From the NCBI GenBank assembly GCA_951406725.2, contig OX597824.1:86242001-86306000 (forward strand): a stretch of 64,000 bases of DNA, written 5' to 3'. A model generated the notes under the pieces. It was given only the letters and a program-made list of their open reading frames with translations. It searched no databases and was not told the origin of the DNA. Positions 59,711 through 64,000 of this stretch are shown in pieces; the first letter of the stretch is position 1; each line of letters opens with the position of its first letter. Source of the stretch: Octopus vulgaris. Its lineage: Eukaryota. Both the position numbers and the translations under genes were made by a program.

Positions 59711-62582
59711 AAGACTTAGAGCTAAGACAGGCATTACTACAAACGCACTGGGAGATGATGACCAACAGAACGAGAGAGAGAGAGAGAGAGAGAGTGGTGA
59801 AAGAAAACCCATGAATTATATATTACTTCTGGTGATTGTCCTTATATCTCAAGAGGGTTGAGTATGGGTTTACATGAAGTACTAAATGGCAAAATACATG
59901 TCCACGAATTTATATTTCCTGCATTTTATCTCATCAAAAATTAATGCATTTCTCATGATGCATGCTTTGGTTCTGAACCATACAAGGATGCATGTGTGCG
60001 TGCACATGTGCATACACACGTGTCAAATGTATATACACTCTCTTTACTCTTTCACTCGTTTCAGTGATTTGACTGCGGCCATGCTGGAGCAACGCCTTTA
60101 ATCGAGCAACTCGACCCCGGGACTTATTCTTTGTAAGCCCAGTACTTATTCTATCGGCCTCTTTTGCCGAACTGCTAAGTGACGAGGACATAAACACACC
60201 AGCATCGGTTGTCAAGCAATGCTAGGGGGACAAACACAGACACACATACATACACACACACACACACATATATATATATACATATATACGACGGGCTTCT
60301 TTCAGTTTCCATCTATCAAATCCACTCACAAGGCTTTGGTCGGCCTGAGGCTATTGTAGAAGACACTTGCCCAAGGTTCCACACAGTGGGACTGAACCCG
60401 GAACCATGTTTTTGGTAAACAAGCTACTTACCACACAGCCACTCCTATGCTTATCTGAGATTCTTCTCACCAACTGCGTTCTTTTCATGTTCTCTGTTGT
60501 CCAGTGATGGAGATAAAGTAGGGTTTTAGGGTACGGAAATGCTGGAAATTAATTTAGGCAAAAGGGACTTTTGCCAGTGCCGCTGGACTGGCTCCTGTGC
60601 AGGTGACACATAAAAAGCACCATTTGAGTGTGGCCGTTGCCAGTGCCTGTGTGTAATATTAAACATTTATTCAAAGCTGAGTCTTCGTCCTGTCCCCTGC
60701 AAACAGCTAAAATAGAGAGGACTGACAGAGACAAGCCTCACATTAAAGTATATGATTTAGCCCTATTACATACATCAGGTCTTGTTCCTCCTGTTTGTAA
60801 ACCCAAACACGCATGCATGGGTGGATGGGTGGATGGATGGATACATACATACATACAGGCATGCATGCATGGGTGGATGGTTATATGCGGCGAGCTGGCA
60901 GAATCGTTAGCATGCCGGGCGAAATGCGTAGCCGTATTTCGTCTGCCGCTACGTTCTGAGTTCAAATTCCCCCGAGGTCGACTTTGCCTTTCATCCTTTC
61001 GGGGTCGATAAATTAAGTACCAGTTACGCACTGGGGTCGAAGTAATTGACTTAATCCGCTTGTCTGTCCTTGTTTGTCCTCTCTGTACTTAGCCCCTTGT
61101 GGGTTGTAAAGAAATAGGTTGGTTACATGCATGCATTGGTGGACTCCTATTTGTACACTAAACTCTCTACTATACTCATTGGCAACTTCCACCTTACTAA
61201 CAGTATCTCAGTACATGGCTTGTACAGCCCTCAACTAACCACTTATCTATCCCTAGCTTCTGTATTGCCACCAGATAAAGCCTTTTCTATGTCAACAAAA
61301 GCCAGACACTGAGGTTTATTTTTGGCCAAGTATTTTTCCCTGCAGCTGTCTTACCAGGAAGATAACATCAGTGGCACAAATCCAAACTGCATTTCATCTA
61401 TATTAACTCACTTTCTAATTAATTGAGCTATGACCCTTTCTGCAACTTTCACAACCTGGTCCAGCAATTTGATGCCCCTGTAAGTATTTCTGTCTAGGGT
61501 GTCACCTGTGCCCCTTTCTAGCAGCTGACTATAATGCTGCTACACCAATCATTGGGTAATATATATATATTTCTTTATTACCCATAAAGGGGCTTAACAC
61601 AGAGGAAACAAACAAGGACAGACAAAGGGATTAAGTCGATTATATCGACCCCAGTGTGTAACTGGTACTTTATTTATCAACCCCAAAAGGATGAAAGACA
61701 AAGTCGACCTCGGTGGAATTTGAACTCAGAACATAACGGCAACGAAATACTGCTAAGCATTTTGCCTGGCACGCTAACGTTTCTGCAAGCTCGCCGCCTT
61801 AATATATTGGGTAATATATATAGCATCATCATCATCATCATCATAAACATCCAGACGTGGCTATGTGATAAGTAGCTTGCTTCCCAACCAATGGTCCCAC
61901 TGCATGGAACCTTGGGCAAATGGCTTCTACTATAGCCTTGTGAGTGGATTTGGTAGACAGAAACCAAAAAAAAGCCTATTATGTGTGTACATGTGAGTGT
62001 GTCTTTGTTGACCCCACCACTACCAACCATTGCTTCACAACTGGTATTGGTGTGTTTACATCCCTATAACTTAGTGGTTTGGCAAAAGAAACTGACAGAA
62101 TAAGTACCAGGTTGAAAGAAAAAACAAAATAAATGCTGGGGTCAATTCGATAAAAAATTCTTCAAGGTGGTGCCCCAGCATGGTCGCAGTCCAATGACTG
62201 AAACAAGAACAAGATAAGAGGTCCTCATTTAACCCCCACTTTCCCATGCTTGATGAGGCAGATTTTTTTTTCTATGGCTGGTATGCCCTTTCTGTCTTGA
62301 ACCCTTGCCTATTTCCAAGAAAGGAACAAATTTCGTCCTATCCATGCGAGCCTGGAAAAGTGGATGCTAAAACAACAATATTGTAAGGACATTCACAGAG
62401 ACAAAGAGACAACACTATAACTGAGCATTCACTGAGATTGTTGTGTGCTCTGATACATAACAAATGTAGATATGTATATTTGCCCATTGTTCTGTTCAAG
62501 ATCTGCTTCAGCCTCGTTAGTTTTTACATACTGCCCTATTACATCCAGTTAAGCATTGTGTATACATCAGTAAACAGGGCAC

Positions 62583-63252
<670 letters not shown>

Positions 63253-64000
63253 GCAAGACCTAATGAGGCAGTATGTGGAATTTAGTGAAGCAGAAACAGC
63301 CTGGCAAAACAAAGAACAGAAGTCCGGCTATTAATAATAAAAGTTTAATTGGGGTTGAAACGCACAGGAAATTGGATGGAGATGAATGGTGGATGTTGCA
63401 AGAGGGTTAATTACCAAATTATTGATTATGAGGAGAAAGTTGTACTGACAAGCAGCATTTGTATGCTGTAGCTTCGTCGATCAGCTGAAGCAAGGCAACA
63501 GAAGGGGGGTTAAAACAGGTGGGGTCACAGCTGCTGCTGTTGTGGTGTTGTTTAGATATGAATTATAATCCACTGCCTTAATGCCTAATTACATTTTAGG
63601 GTCAATTGTTCTGTGTTAATTAGAAAAAGGTGGAGTTGAGGTGGGCAACATGGATACAGAAAATACTCCATGCTGTTATTGTTATTTAAACCCCCCAATC
63701 AATAGTCGTAGCTATGGTTGTTATGGTTGAGAAGTTTGCTTCCGAACCACGTGGTTTGCAGTTCAGTCCCACTGCACAGCACCTTGAGCAATTGTCTTCT
63801 ACTATAGCCCTGGGTCAACCAATGTCTTGTGAATGAATTTGGTAGACAGAAACTGTGTATATGTATCATCATCATCATCATCATCATCGTTTTACGTCCG
63901 TTTTCCATGCTAGCATGGGTTGGACGGTTCAACTGGGGTCTGGGAAGCCAGGAGGCTGCACCAGGCTCCAGTCTGATCTGGCAGTGTTTCTACAGCTGGA

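Overview
AT-rich, repeat-dense animal genomic DNA. The SINE, microsatellite and (GAT)n-tailed repeat landscape looks like an octopus/cephalopod genome (inferred, not verified). The window is dominated by one minus-strand gene, a KIF7/KIF27 (Costal2-family, kinesin-4 group) kinesin. I traced 25 phase-consistent GT-AG coding exons by hand from the ATG at 54580 to position 119 (2789 nt, about 929 codons). They cover the complete motor domain and much of the coiled-coil stalk, and the gene continues past the left edge. Introns hold several tRNA-derived SINE families, RTE/CR1 LINE fragments, mariner remnants, TTAA-flanked piggyBac-like MITEs, Helitron/Helentron-like elements and long microsatellites. 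Most ORFs in the supplied track are microsatellite or SINE artefacts. Main oddities: (1) small elements, mostly embedded in (TA)n, carrying minimal hammerhead-ribozyme motifs, two of which have become loop-less 114-144 bp palindromes that keep only the 3' half of the ribozyme; (2) an inverted templated insertion copied from 3 kb away into a SINE; (3) a duplicated kinesin exon fragment split by a TTAA MITE; (4) one SINE head found with five different tails; (5) an RFX X-box plus forkhead module in intron 2; (6) an ambiguous 29-nt GT-AG segment after exon 16. I found no convincing wholly new protein-coding system.
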